From Armatimonadota bacterium (GTDB taxonomy: Bacteria > Armatimonadota > SYMT01): DNA of 64,000 nucleotides. A program made the position numbers and the translations under genes. The notes beneath the pieces were generated by a model. It ran no database searches. It was given only the letters and a program-made list of their open reading frames with translations, and had not been told where the DNA came from. Of this stretch, positions 1 through 9,495 are shown one piece after another (the first letter of the stretch is position 1; every line of letters starts with the position of its first letter). The stretch lies in NCBI GenBank assembly GCA_046292385.1, contig JBKBRF010000004.1, positions 192,001 to 256,000 of the forward strand, read 5' to 3'.

Positions 1-297
1 CTGGTGATCTTCGGGACGGAGTTCGGCCGGACGCCGCAGATCAACAAGTACGGCGGGCGCGACCATTGGTCGAGCTGCTACACGGTCATGTTCGCCGGGG
101 CGGGCGTGGAAGGAGGGCGCGTGATCGGAGAGAGCGACGCCCAGGGCGCTTATCCCGCCACCCAGGCGTTCGGCACGCGAAACATGCTGATGAGCGTCTA
201 CCAGCACCTGGGACTGGATACCACCGTGGAGCTGCGGCAGGCCGGCATCGTGGACCAGGACGCGCCGATCCCGGGGCTCTTCGGCAACGCCGGCTGA
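1..297 (+). CDS. DUF1501 domain protein, C-terminal fragment (5' truncated by window edge)
   Basis: EFGRTPQIN...GRDHW...GAGVEGGRVIGESD motif typical of DUF1501 C-termini. Confidence 0.85.
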   Translation: MVIFGTEFGRTPQINKYGGRDHWSSCYTVMFAGAGVEGGRVIGESDAQGAYPATQAFGTRNMLMSVYQHLGLDTTVELRQAGIVDQDAPIPGLFGNAG

Positions 298-415
298 GGC
301 TGGCCCGTACCCTTGGGTAAGCTCACACCGTTGTACAGGAGCGGTGGCGCCGAAGGGTCGCGCAGCCCCGGCAGCGAACGGGTCGCCAGCGGCGCAGCGA
401 GGGGAGGAGACGGGA

Positions 416-1441
416 ATGAGTGGTTTCTTCGGACGGTTGATGAACCAGTGGATCGAGGTGATCGAGTGGACCGATCCCACCAACAACACCATGGTCTACC
501 GGTTCCCGGTGGCGAACAACGAGATCAAGATGGGGGCCAAGCTCACCGTCCGCGAGGGGCAGGTGGCGGTCTTCGTCAACGAGGGGCAGATCGCGGATGT
601 CTTCGGCCCCGGTCTCTACACCCTCTCCACCCAGAACATGCCGGTGATGACGATGCTGCGGTCCTGGCCGCACGGCTTCAACTCGCCGTTCAAGGCGGAG
701 GTCTACTACGTCAGCACCCGGCAGTTCACCGATCTGAAGTGGGGCACCGCCAACCCGATCCCAATGCGGGACGCGGACTTCGGTATGGTCCGCATCCGCG
801 CCTTCGGCAGCTACGCCGTCCGGGTGACCGATGCCGCCAGGTTCATCCGCGAGGTGGTGGGGACCGACGGCCTCTTCCAGACCGGCGAGATCCACGGGCA
901 GCTCCGCAACCTGGTGATGAACGAGTTCGCCAGCGCGCTGGGCGAGCTGCAGATTGCGGTGCTCGATCTCGCCGCGAACTACCGCCACCTCTCCCAGAAG
1001 ATCGAGCAGACCCTCGACCCGCACTTCGCGGAATACGGTCTCGACCTCACCAAGTTCCTGATCGAGAACATCTCCGTGCCGCCGGAAGTGGAAGCGGCGA
1101 TGGACAAGCGGTCGAGCATGGGGGTGGTCGGCGTGCGCGACTATGCGACTTTCCAGGCCGCCAACGCGCTGGAGACCGGCGCGGCGAACCCGGGCGGCGG
1201 CAGCCCCGCCTCAGACATGATGCAGATGATGGCCGGCATGGCGATGGGCCAGAAGATGATGCAGGGGCTCGACACCCCCGGCGGCGCGCCCGCGCCCGCG
1301 GCAGAGGCGCAGCCCGCGCCGCCCGCCGACACCCGCTCCGCCGCGGAGCGCCTGAAAGAGATCCACGCCCTCCACGAGGCCGGCATCCTCTCCGACGAGG
1401 AGTACGCCGCCAAGCGCGCGGAGCTGATCAAGCTGCTTTAG
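416..1441 (+). CDS. SPFH (band 7)/YdjI-like protein with C-terminal SHOCT domain
   Basis: IEVIEW, LTVREGQVAVF, KWGT.NPIPMRD.DFG motifs; C-terminal LH.AGILSDEEYAAKRAELI (SHOCT); ATG 416 follows GGAGGAG. Confidence 0.85.
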   Translation: MSGFFGRLMNQWIEVIEWTDPTNNTMVYRFPVANNEIKMGAKLTVREGQVAVFVNEGQIADVFGPGLYTLSTQNMPVMTMLRSWPHGFNSPFKAEVYYVSTRQFTDLKWGTANPIPMRDADFGMVRIRAFGSYAVRVTDAARFIREVVGTDGLFQTGEIHGQLRNLVMNEFASALGELQIAVLDLAANYRHLSQKIEQTLDPHFAEYGLDLTKFLIENISVPPEVEAAMDKRSSMGVVGVRDYATFQAANALETGAANPGGGSPASDMMQMMAGMAMGQKMMQGLDTPGGAPAPAAEAQPAPPADTRSAAERLKEIHALHEAGILSDEEYAAKRAELIKLL

Positions 1442-1443
1442 GA

Positions 1444-1554
1444 AGGGTGCAGCGTTCAGGGGGTAGCGTGTAGGGCTGGCGGGGGCGGGGGTGACCTTCC
1501 GGCCAAGGCCGTTCCTGCTCCTGCTCTTACTCCTGCTCCTGCTCGCTGGCGACC
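1444..1554 (+). repeat. Composite intergenic repeat: heptamer array, then (CTCCTG)-type hexamer array ending in CTCGCTGGCGACC
   Basis: Same hexamer block with the 13-nt tail at 27646-27691, 39256-39279 and 42599-42640. Confidence 0.8.
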
Positions 1555-1611
1555 TGCGGATCTCCGCCGCGGAGCGGTTCAGGTGATCCCTCTCCTCACC
1601 GTGTCCGGGGG

Positions 1612-1657
1612 GCGGAGTGAACTCCGCGGTTCATTCCGCCGGCAGTCAACTGCCGGC
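1612..1657. repeat. Two REP-like palindromes with AGTNNACT core
   Basis: GCGGAGTGAACTCCGC and GCCGGCAGTCAACTGCCGGC; same family at 50679-50841. Confidence 0.7.
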
Positions 1658-1752
1658 GATCCTCGTTCTCACGGCAGCGTCTGGTACGAGAAGACGGGGG
1701 AGCCGCCATCTTGTGCGGCTCCCCCGTCTTCTCAAATCCCAGTTCCCGTTCG

Positions 1753-2325
1753 TTAGCGGATCAGCTCGAAGTTCTCCAGCGGCCAGTAGCGCACCCACGC
1801 CTTGGCCTGGATGTTGTCGATCGGGAGCTCGCCCCAGGCGCGGCTGTCGTTGCTGTTGTCCCGGTTGTCGCCCATTACGAAGACCATTCCGGGCTTGATC
1901 TTCTCCGCGGGGCGGTCGTCGTGCCACTCCCGGTGCAGGTACGGCTCGTCCAGCTGCTTGCCGTTTACGTAGACCTTGCTGTCGCGGATCTCCAGCGTCT
2001 CGCCCGGGAGGGCGACCACCCGCTTGATGAACGCGGTTTCCGGCTTGTGCGGGGGACGGAAGACGACCACGTCGCCGCGCTGCACGCCGCCGAGCAGGGC
2101 GACTTTGCTGCCGAGGAGGCGCTGGCCCGTCGCCAGGTTCGGCTCCATGCAGCTCCCGAAGACCTGATAACCCTGCACCAGGAAAGTCTGGCCGAAGAGG
2201 AAGAGGATCACGCTCAGGACCATCGCGTCCGCTACGGCGCGCCACTTGCGGCGGCGAGGGCGAATGACCACGTGCGTGGTGTCATCGACAGCGTGAACGG
2301 CAGGGTTTACAACTACGTCTTGCAT
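1753..2325 (-). CDS. lepB: Signal peptidase I
   Basis: N-terminal TM helix, GSCMEPNL (catalytic Ser box), FIKRVVALPGE (catalytic Lys), MGDNRDNSNDSR; start uncertain. Confidence 0.92.
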   Translation of the reverse strand: MQDVVVNPAVHAVDDTTHVVIRPRRRKWRAVADAMVLSVILFLFGQTFLVQGYQVFGSCMEPNLATGQRLLGSKVALLGGVQRGDVVVFRPPHKPETAFIKRVVALPGETLEIRDSKVYVNGKQLDEPYLHREWHDDRPAEKIKPGMVFVMGDNRDNSNDSRAWGELPIDNIQAKAWVRYWPLENFELIR

Positions 2326-2597
2326 GAGCTCTCCGGCCGGACGGAGCGGTCTGGCGGCCCCACCGGCATAGTCGGACGCGTGCGCGGTCCGCTGGAACGG
2401 GCGTGGAGACAATTTCCTCCGGCGGCGCTTTCGTATCGCGGGATGCGTCGTTGCGTTCGGGCAGCCGGTGCGGGAGGGGGCCGTCCGGTCGCCGCCCACG
2501 CCCCTGCCGCCGTGGTGGCGGCGCGTGGAATGTCTCGCAGCATCAGTATAGACGACTGAGGGTGGGGTCTAGGTTTCCTTTCCGCGGCGGGCGGGTA

Positions 2598-3395
2598 TCA
2601 TCGCCGGATTCCCGCGGCAGTCCAGACGTAGGGCAGCCAACCGTGGATCGTCACCTCGAACGCCGGCGAAATGAGCGCGCGCAGCTCCTTTCGGGTGAAG
2701 CGATGGAAGAAGATCTCGCCGGAGTGGTGACCCTCACGCGGCGCCACCGGAGCCAGCGCCGGGCTGTACCGGTAAGCGGAGAGGGCGAGGCGGGCGCGCG
2801 GCTCGAGCGCGCGGTGCAGCTCGGACAGGGCGGCGCGGCGCAGCGCCTCGGAGGGGAGGTGCTGGAGCACGCTGCAGGCCAGCCCGCGCGTCGCCCAGCC
2901 GTCCCGCACCGGCAGCCGGGAGAGCTCCCCCTGCACCAGCAGCACGCGCTCGGAGGAGGGCAGCTTGCGGCGCAGCAGCTCCAGCGAGGCGGCGGAGTGG
3001 TCGACTCCGATCAGCGCTTCGCACCGGCCGGCCAACCGGGTGGTGAGGCGCCCCGTGCCGCAGCCGAGCTCCAGCACGCGGTCGGACGGGCCGCTCCGCA
3101 GCGGACGGAGCAGCGCCGGCGCCTCGAAGAGCGTGAAGAGGCGCAGCCCGAGGAGCCGGTCGTAAGCCTCCGCCTCGTGGTCGCGCCGCCGCGCTTCCGC
3201 GGCAAGCTCCCGGCGCTCCGCCTCCGATTCCGCGGCGGAGCGGGGCATCATCCGGAGCACCCCGGTGCGAAGGGGGAACGCGCGTCCGCACGCGGGGCAG
3301 CGCAGACCGTCCGGATCCGGCACCGGCGGGCCGGCGCCGTCGTCCGGGCAGCGCAGCGCGGACCTCAGCTCTGCCGGAATCGGGCTCAAGACCAT
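2598..3395 (-). CDS. Class I SAM-dependent methyltransferase with N-terminal Trm112-like Cys motif
   Basis: LRCP...LRCPACGRAFP N-terminus; VLELGCGTG motif I; GVDHS. Confidence 0.85.
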   Translation of the reverse strand: MVLSPIPAELRSALRCPDDGAGPPVPDPDGLRCPACGRAFPLRTGVLRMMPRSAAESEAERRELAAEARRRDHEAEAYDRLLGLRLFTLFEAPALLRPLRSGPSDRVLELGCGTGRLTTRLAGRCEALIGVDHSAASLELLRRKLPSSERVLLVQGELSRLPVRDGWATRGLACSVLQHLPSEALRRAALSELHRALEPRARLALSAYRYSPALAPVAPREGHHSGEIFFHRFTRKELRALISPAFEVTIHGWLPYVWTAAGIRR

Positions 3396-3448
3396 GAGAA
3401 AGCGCCCCAGCCGAAGCCGGGGCGCTCGAAGGTGGGGATTGGCCGCGG

Positions 3449-4162
3449 CTACTGCGCCGAGACCTGCGCCGGCTCGGACTGCGGGGACAGGGTGAGGTGG
3501 TCGAAGTCCTCGCCGGTGGCGCGGGAGACCTTGCGCTTGATGCGGGCGAGCGCGTTGTCAACCGACTTCGTCTTGCAGCGCAGCTCGTCCGCGATCTCCC
3601 GGTACGACTTGCCCAGCCGGTAGCCGGCCAGCACGCTCCACTCGAAGTCGCTCAGGAGCTGCTGCAGCATCTCCTGGCGGCTCTCGGTGTCCTCCCGCTG
3701 CAGGACCAGCTCTTCCGGATCCATGGTGTCATCCGTCTGCAGGATGTCCGACATGTTCCAGTCGCAGTAGTCGTCTTCGGAGGGGACTTCGAGGGAGAGG
3801 GAGGTGTTGAGGGGGAGCTGCTTCTGCCGGGTGGCCGCCTTGATGGCGGTGATGATGTGCCGGTGGATACAGACTTTGGCGAAGGCCGGGAACGAGGTGG
3901 CCTTGGCCGGCTTGTAGTCCACGATCGCCTGCCAGAGGCCGATCATGCCGACCTGGAGAAGGTCCTCCCGCTCGGCGCCGACCAGGAAGTAGGACTTCAC
4001 CTTGGAGCGCACCAGGTTGCGGTATTTGTAGAGCAGGTGCTCCGCCGCGTCCTGGTAACCACGCTGCGCCCGGAGAACTACGTCGGCATCGGGCCAGTTC
4101 GTGTAGCGGGACCAGTTGGACCCGTTCATGAAGTCGTCGCTAATATCGATCAGGCTTCTCAC
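3449..4162 (-). CDS. sigH: RNA polymerase sigma factor, SigH (Spo0H)-like
   Basis: YFLVGAEREDLLQVGMIGL, ITAIKAATRQKQLPLN, GKSYREIA...KSVDNAL.RIKRK match Bacillota SigH. Confidence 0.85.
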   Translation of the reverse strand: MRSLIDISDDFMNGSNWSRYTNWPDADVVLRAQRGYQDAAEHLLYKYRNLVRSKVKSYFLVGAEREDLLQVGMIGLWQAIVDYKPAKATSFPAFAKVCIHRHIITAIKAATRQKQLPLNTSLSLEVPSEDDYCDWNMSDILQTDDTMDPEELVLQREDTESRQEMLQQLLSDFEWSVLAGYRLGKSYREIADELRCKTKSVDNALARIKRKVSRATGEDFDHLTLSPQSEPAQVSAQ

Positions 4163-4899
4163 GCCGCCTCCTCACTACCTACCGCAATAGTTGAAGCACT
4201 GCTGCCGTGGCTGCCTAGCCACGTGCGCCGGACTCAATCTTGGTGCCGGCGTGCCGGCAGAACTACGTCGAAGCAGATCCGCTTCGGGGCTGCCGGCCCG
4301 TGGGGATCGGGGAGGCGGCGCCCGGCGAGACTTGATTCTGGGCTCTCCGGAGCAACGTCCGGCGGCGGTGGGAGGGGGCCACGCGGCGGGAGAGCGCTTT
4401 GGGACTACGTCGAAACTACTCCAAAAGAAGCGCCCGGTGGTGGACCGGTGATCGCTGGATCGCTCGCCGGCGGTGGGCTTGCCCTGCTATCCGGAATTAT
4501 ACAGACCGCCTGAGCGCTTGCCAAGTACCCGCTCGATGGACACTGTGATCCTAGTGAATGAGGACGCGGGGAGCTGCGAGCCCGGCTGCGCCGCTAGATT
4601 AAGGATCGCTAAGGAACACGCATCTGTCCGGTCCGAAGTTCCGCCAACCTAAAAAAGGAGGAGCCTCCTTGTGCCTGTTAACCAGGTTTCAGAGCGCAAT
4701 CGCAACAATCGTTGTTCGAGAGGCGCGGGGCAACACGCTGGACTGCCTGGCCGGGCGCGAAGCGGTGAGCCGGAGGTTATAGAGGCGGGCGTCTCCGCAG
4801 CGGCAAGCGCACCGGTCCCGTACCGCCGAATTGTAGGAAGATAAGCGGCGGTGCCGCGGCCGGGCGGCGGGCGCCGGTGCTCTGCTGGAAAGGATTCCC

Positions 4900-5901
4900 A
4901 TGCGGTACGACGTTTTCGGGATGTGCAACGCGCTCTTCGATCTCCAGGCGGAGGTGGACGATTCCACCCTCACGGAGCTGAATCTGGAGAAGGGCAGCAT
5001 GGTGCTGCTGGACGAGGAGCAGCAGCGGAGCATCGTCCCTCGGATCTACACGCACCTGGTCAACACCGAGGCCGGCGGCTCCGGCGCCAACACGATGTTC
5101 GGCGTGGCGCTCCTGGGGGGCACCGCCTGCTACACCAGCCGGGTGGGGAGCGACGAGCACGCGCAGCTCTACCGGCAGGGCCTGGAGGCGAAGGGCGTGA
5201 AGCCGAACCTCGGCAGCGGGGAGGGGGCGACCGGCGTGTCGCTGATCTTCGTCACTCCGGATGCCCAGCGCACGATGTGCACCTACCTGGGGCGCTCCCG
5301 CGAGCTGACCGCGGCGGACGTCAACCTGGAGGACCTCCGCCAGAGCCGCTACCTCTACGTCACCGCCTACCTGTGGGACACCGACAACCAGAAGGAAGCG
5401 GTGCTGCACGCCATGCGCGAAGCGAACCGGGCCGGTGTGCGGGTGGCGCTGAGCCTCTCCGATCCGTTCTGCGTGCACCGCCACAAAGACGAGCTCCTCG
5501 AGCTGATCCGGAACCATGTCGACGTGCTCTTCGGCAACTGGCACGAGGCTCAGACGCTCACCGATACGGAGACTCCCCGGGACGCGGTCCGCGCGCTGGC
5601 GCAGTACAGCGACGTGGCGGTGGTGACGATGGACGAGAAGGGCTCCCTCCTGCAGCAGGGGGAGCAGGTAGTGGAGGTGCCGGTCTACCCGGTGACGCCG
5701 GTCGATACCACCGGCGCCGGCGACATGTACGCCGCCGGGATCCTCTACGGCCTCACCCAGGGCTACTCCCTGGAAGTGACCGGCCGTATCGCCGCCTACG
5801 CCGCCGCCCAGGTGGTCGCCAAGCTGGGGCCCCGCCTGGAGGAGATCGACGAAGACGTGCTCCGCCGCCTCCGGACCGGAGCCGACCTCACCGAGATCTA
5901 G
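4900..5901 (+). CDS. PfkB-family carbohydrate/adenosine kinase
   Basis: GGSGANT N-terminal motif and DTTGAGD signature. Confidence 0.9.
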   Translation: MRYDVFGMCNALFDLQAEVDDSTLTELNLEKGSMVLLDEEQQRSIVPRIYTHLVNTEAGGSGANTMFGVALLGGTACYTSRVGSDEHAQLYRQGLEAKGVKPNLGSGEGATGVSLIFVTPDAQRTMCTYLGRSRELTAADVNLEDLRQSRYLYVTAYLWDTDNQKEAVLHAMREANRAGVRVALSLSDPFCVHRHKDELLELIRNHVDVLFGNWHEAQTLTDTETPRDAVRALAQYSDVAVVTMDEKGSLLQQGEQVVEVPVYPVTPVDTTGAGDMYAAGILYGLTQGYSLEVTGRIAAYAAAQVVAKLGPRLEEIDEDVLRRLRTGADLTEI

Positions 5902-6000
5902 CAGACAAGCTCGCAGAGGGAAGATGAGAGAAGAGAGCAATTGATACCGGTGGGCCGGCTCTTCTCCCGTCTCCCTTCTACTCTCTCGCTTCTTCAAGTC

Positions 6001-6627
6001 TTGAAACCGGCAGTAACGGAGGAGCCCGGGGCGCCGCTCCCGCGGGCGGCGATGTGGGCGCTTTGCGGCTGGCTGTGGGTTGCAGCGGCTTCCCAGGTGT
6101 TCTTTCTGGCGCACTGGCCGATGTACCTGTACGGGGTAAGCATCGAGCGGCTCCCGGCGCTGGGGGTGGCGCTGCTCCGGATGGCGGTCTACAGCAGCCT
6201 GGCGTGGGGGATTGCGCAGCGCGCCCCGGCCGCGTGGGGCGCGACCATCCTGGAGCTGTGGCGCTCCCTGCTCGCGCTGCTGGTGGTAATGGTCGTGCGG
6301 AGCTCCGCGGGCGGGGGAGACTTCTACCCGGCGGCGTGGGCCCAGGGGCTGCTGAGCGGAGCGCTCCCGAGCCTGTTCCTGGTGAGCGCGGCGCTCTGGA
6401 GCGGCTGGCGACCGGGCGGGGAGCTGGAGCTGGCGGTCGCGGTGGCGGTCCGGCTGCTTGCCGGCGGGGCCGGAGTGGCCGCGATCTGGCTGCGATCCGC
6501 GTACTGCTGGTTCGGAGCGCCCGCGCCGACGTGGCGCGCGGTCGGCGCCTGCGGGGCGGGCGGCGCGGCCTGGCTGCTCGCCGCGGAGCTTGCGGCGGTC
6601 TGGTGGTCGCTGCGGGGCGGAGGATGA
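6001..6627 (+). CDS. Hypothetical multi-pass membrane protein
   Basis: Several hydrophobic segments; stop overlaps next ATG; start uncertain (6001 or 6052). Confidence 0.55.
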   Translation: MKPAVTEEPGAPLPRAAMWALCGWLWVAAASQVFFLAHWPMYLYGVSIERLPALGVALLRMAVYSSLAWGIAQRAPAAWGATILELWRSLLALLVVMVVRSSAGGGDFYPAAWAQGLLSGALPSLFLVSAALWSGWRPGGELELAVAVAVRLLAGGAGVAAIWLRSAYCWFGAPAPTWRAVGACGAGGAAWLLAAELAAVWWSLRGGG

Positions 6628-7181
6628 TGCGCGCTTGGCGAGCCAGTTCGGGGCTGGGAGTGCTCTCCTGGGTGGGGATGGCGTGCGTCTACTCCGCCGC
6701 GCTCTGGCTGCTGGGCCTGTTCCTGAGCGCCTTCGGCGGGTGGCCGGAGGGCGCGGTGGCGATGGCGCTCCGGATGGCCGGCACCCTGGCGCTCGGCGTG
6801 GGCCTCTGCGCGTTGGAGCGCTGGGCCTGGGCCACCGCCGTCTGCCTCGCCGGGCTTTACGCGGTGGTGAGCGTGGGGTGGGCGGCGACCGCCGGCTGGG
6901 CGTGGCTCTCGGCGCGGCCGGGGACCCTCTCCTGGATGCCGGTGTTCCTGGGCCTGAACCTGGAGAGCTGCGCCCGGCTCTCCGTGCTGGCGGTGGCGGC
7001 CGCCCTGGTGAGCGGCGGTCTCTGTTATCTGCTCTGGCGCGCGCAGCCGGAGTACGACGTCCCCTACCGGCGCCCGTACACGGTGCTCTTTCAAGATGGC
7101 GCGCCTAGGGCGCTGCTGCTGGTGGCGATCGACGCCTTCCTCGGCGCCGCCTGGTGGGCCGCCGCCGCGGTCGGCGGTTGA
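6624..7181 (+). CDS. Hypothetical multi-pass membrane protein
   Basis: ATGA overlap with upstream gene, GGAGG SD, about 5 TM segments. Confidence 0.6.
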   Translation: MMRAWRASSGLGVLSWVGMACVYSAALWLLGLFLSAFGGWPEGAVAMALRMAGTLALGVGLCALERWAWATAVCLAGLYAVVSVGWAATAGWAWLSARPGTLSWMPVFLGLNLESCARLSVLAVAAALVSGGLCYLLWRAQPEYDVPYRRPYTVLFQDGAPRALLLVAIDAFLGAAWWAAAAVGG

Positions 7182-7276
7182 TCCGGCCCCGCGCAGAACG
7201 GCGTTCCCCCCGCGGCCGGGTGGGGGTATGATTGCTCGAACAGGAGGAGCCGATCGGCGGCTCCTGTGGTACGAAT

Positions 7277-9067
7277 ATGCCTGACGGTCTTCGCCTGGCA
7301 CTACCCATCCTCATCGGGTACGTGCTCGGCTCCATTCCCTTCGGATACGTGGTCGTGCGCCTGATGCGCGGGATCGACATCCGGGAGTACGGGTCCCACA
7401 ACATCGGCGCCACCAACGTCCTGCGCGTGGTGGGGTGGTTTCCGGCGCTGCTCACGCTGCTGGGCGACATCGGCAAAGGCGCGGTGCCGCCGCTCCTGGC
7501 GGCTTCGAGTCTCTTCAGCGTGGGCCAGGTGAACGCGTGGGTGGTGGTCCTCTCCGCCCTGGCGGCGATCTGGGGCCACGCCTACTCCGGCTTCTTCTAC
7601 CTGCGGGAGCGCCGCTTCGCGCGCGGCAAGGCGGTAGCGACCGGCCTCGGCGCGGTGATCGGGTTCGTCGCCTCCGGGCAGGTCTGGTGGCCCGCCCTGG
7701 CCGCCGTGACCGCGGTCTGGTTCTCCGCCATCCTCCTGCCCCGGCTGGTGAGCGGCAAGCTCGGCTGGGTTTCGCTCGCCTCGATCCTCGCCGCGGTCTC
7801 GCTGCCGATCTGCTTCTGGATCGTGGGCGCTGCGTATCCGTACGTCCTCTTCGGCGCGGCCGCCGCGCTGTTCGTGACCTGGAAGCACAAGGAAAACATC
7901 GGGCGGCTGCTCGATGGCGTGGAGCCGCGCCTGGGGGAACGGCTGCCCCTGGCGGGAGTAGATGAGGACGAGCTGTCCTGCGCGTTCATGGTGCACGCCA
8001 TGACCCCAGACGATTGGTGGCAGACGCGGCGCTTCTCCTGGGCGGTACGACTGTATCGTGCCGGCCTCATCCCGCTGGGGGTTCTTAAGCGGCTGATGTA
8101 TTACGTGCGACCGATCAAGACCGATACGATCCGCGGCATCCGCGCCGCGGATGGCCGCACGGTAGAGGTCCACCTGATCGCCGTTCCCTGGCTCCCGGAG
8201 ATGATCAAGGCGAATCCGAAGATGGCGGTGGTCCGCGCGGCGCAGGCGGCGCGGGTAGGCCGCGACCTGGGCGCGCGCTGCATGGGCCTCGGCGCCTTCT
8301 GGAGCGTGGTGGGGAACAAGGGGAAGGAAGTGCAGGACGCCGCCCCCTTCATCCCGATCACCAACGGTGGAGGCTACACCGCCGGCAGCGTAAAGCAGGC
8401 GGTGCCGATGGTCTTTACCAAGCTGCGCGCGCGCGGCGTGGATCCGGAATCGGCCACCGCCGCCGTGGTGGGCGCGAACGGCGTGGTCGGTTTCGGAATC
8501 TGCCGTCAGCTCGCCGGACGCGTGCGGCGGCTGGTGATGGTGGGGACCGATGCCGAGCGGCTGGAGCGCTCCGCGGCGCGCCTCCGCCGCCGCGGCGGCC
8601 CTGCCGAGACCGAAGTGGTGGTGACCACCGACGTCGCCCTCTGCGACGAGGCCGACGTGATCTTCGCCGCCACCTCCACCGTGGAGCCGGTGCTGTTCCC
8701 GCCTCACGTGAAGCCCGGCGCCATCATTTACGACCTCGGCCGGCCCGCCGACGTGGACGACTCCGTGCTCGACGTCCCGGGTGTCTCCGTGATTCCGGGC
8801 GGCGTAGTCCGGCCTCCCGGTCGCATGGAGCACCGGCTCGACACCCACTTTGGCGAAGGGCAGATCCCGGCCTGTATGGCGGAGACGATCCTGATCGCCC
8901 TGGACGAGTGCTACGACCGCTGCAGCCTGGGCGAGGGCACTCGCGGCGAGGACATCGACTACTTCGTCGACCTCGCGGAGCGGCTCGGGTTCCAGGTGGT
9001 GGATGAAGCGATCCGGCCGCAAGAGCCGGCCCCCGCCACCGTGATGGCCCCCGTCCGCGCGAGCTAA
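7277..9067 (+). CDS. plsY: Glycerol-3-phosphate acyltransferase PlsY fused to an acyl-ACP-reductase-like (COG5322) Rossmann domain
   Basis: PlsY motifs GYVLGSIPFG, GSHNIGATN, GKAVAT, KHKENIGRL; C-terminal GLGAF, TNGGGYT, VVGANGVVG, PACMAETI. Confidence 0.85.
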   Translation: MPDGLRLALPILIGYVLGSIPFGYVVVRLMRGIDIREYGSHNIGATNVLRVVGWFPALLTLLGDIGKGAVPPLLAASSLFSVGQVNAWVVVLSALAAIWGHAYSGFFYLRERRFARGKAVATGLGAVIGFVASGQVWWPALAAVTAVWFSAILLPRLVSGKLGWVSLASILAAVSLPICFWIVGAAYPYVLFGAAAALFVTWKHKENIGRLLDGVEPRLGERLPLAGVDEDELSCAFMVHAMTPDDWWQTRRFSWAVRLYRAGLIPLGVLKRLMYYVRPIKTDTIRGIRAADGRTVEVHLIAVPWLPEMIKANPKMAVVRAAQAARVGRDLGARCMGLGAFWSVVGNKGKEVQDAAPFIPITNGGGYTAGSVKQAVPMVFTKLRARGVDPESATAAVVGANGVVGFGICRQLAGRVRRLVMVGTDAERLERSAARLRRRGGPAETEVVVTTDVALCDEADVIFAATSTVEPVLFPPHVKPGAIIYDLGRPADVDDSVLDVPGVSVIPGGVVRPPGRMEHRLDTHFGEGQIPACMAETILIALDECYDRCSLGEGTRGEDIDYFVDLAERLGFQVVDEAIRPQEPAPATVMAPVRAS

Positions 9068-9100
9068 CCCCGCCGGCGGGCTTTTTCTTCCATCGAATTC

Positions 9101-9125
9101 GGAACCAACGCGCCGTTTCTCCGTC
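9101..9125 (+). promoter_or_regulatory. Candidate ECF-sigma promoter (GGAAC-N16-CGTC)
   Basis: GGAAC at 9101 and CGTC at 9122, about 40 nt upstream of the ArsR gene start. Confidence 0.4.
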
Positions 9126-9127
9126 TT

Positions 9128-9153
9128 ATTAGATGGATGGCTAATTGTCTAAT
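9128..9153. promoter_or_regulatory. Candidate ArsR/SdpR operator (ATTAGA-N14-TCTAAT)
   Basis: AT-rich inverted repeat in GC-rich context between the putative promoter and the start codon. Confidence 0.6.
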
Positions 9154-9165
9154 TGCGGGGAGCCG

Positions 9166-9495
9166 ATGGACCAGGTTTTCAAGGCGTTGGCCGATCCGAC
9201 GCGGCGCGAGATCTTGCGGCTGCTCGGCGGCGGAGAGCTGACCGCGGGGCAGCTCTGCGAGCGGTTCGAGATCAGCGCGCCGTCGATGTCGCACCACTTC
9301 AACGTGCTGAAGCAGGCGGATCTGATCAGCGCGCGCCGGGAGGGTCAGCAGATCTACTACGCGCTCAACACGACGGTGGCGCAGGATGCCCTGGCGGCGC
9401 TCTGGGACCTGCTCCAGCCGGCCGCGCGGTCATCCGCGGACCGGGTGCGCGCGCCGGCTGGGGATGCGACGAGAAAGGACGAGGTGGGACGATGA
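9166..9495 (+). CDS. ArsR/SmtB-family regulator, SdpR-like
   Basis: FKALADPTRREIL...SMSHHFNVLKQADLI...GQQIYY; coupled to SdpI-like gene. Confidence 0.9.
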   Translation: MDQVFKALADPTRREILRLLGGGELTAGQLCERFEISAPSMSHHFNVLKQADLISARREGQQIYYALNTTVAQDALAALWDLLQPAARSSADRVRAPAGDATRKDEVGR

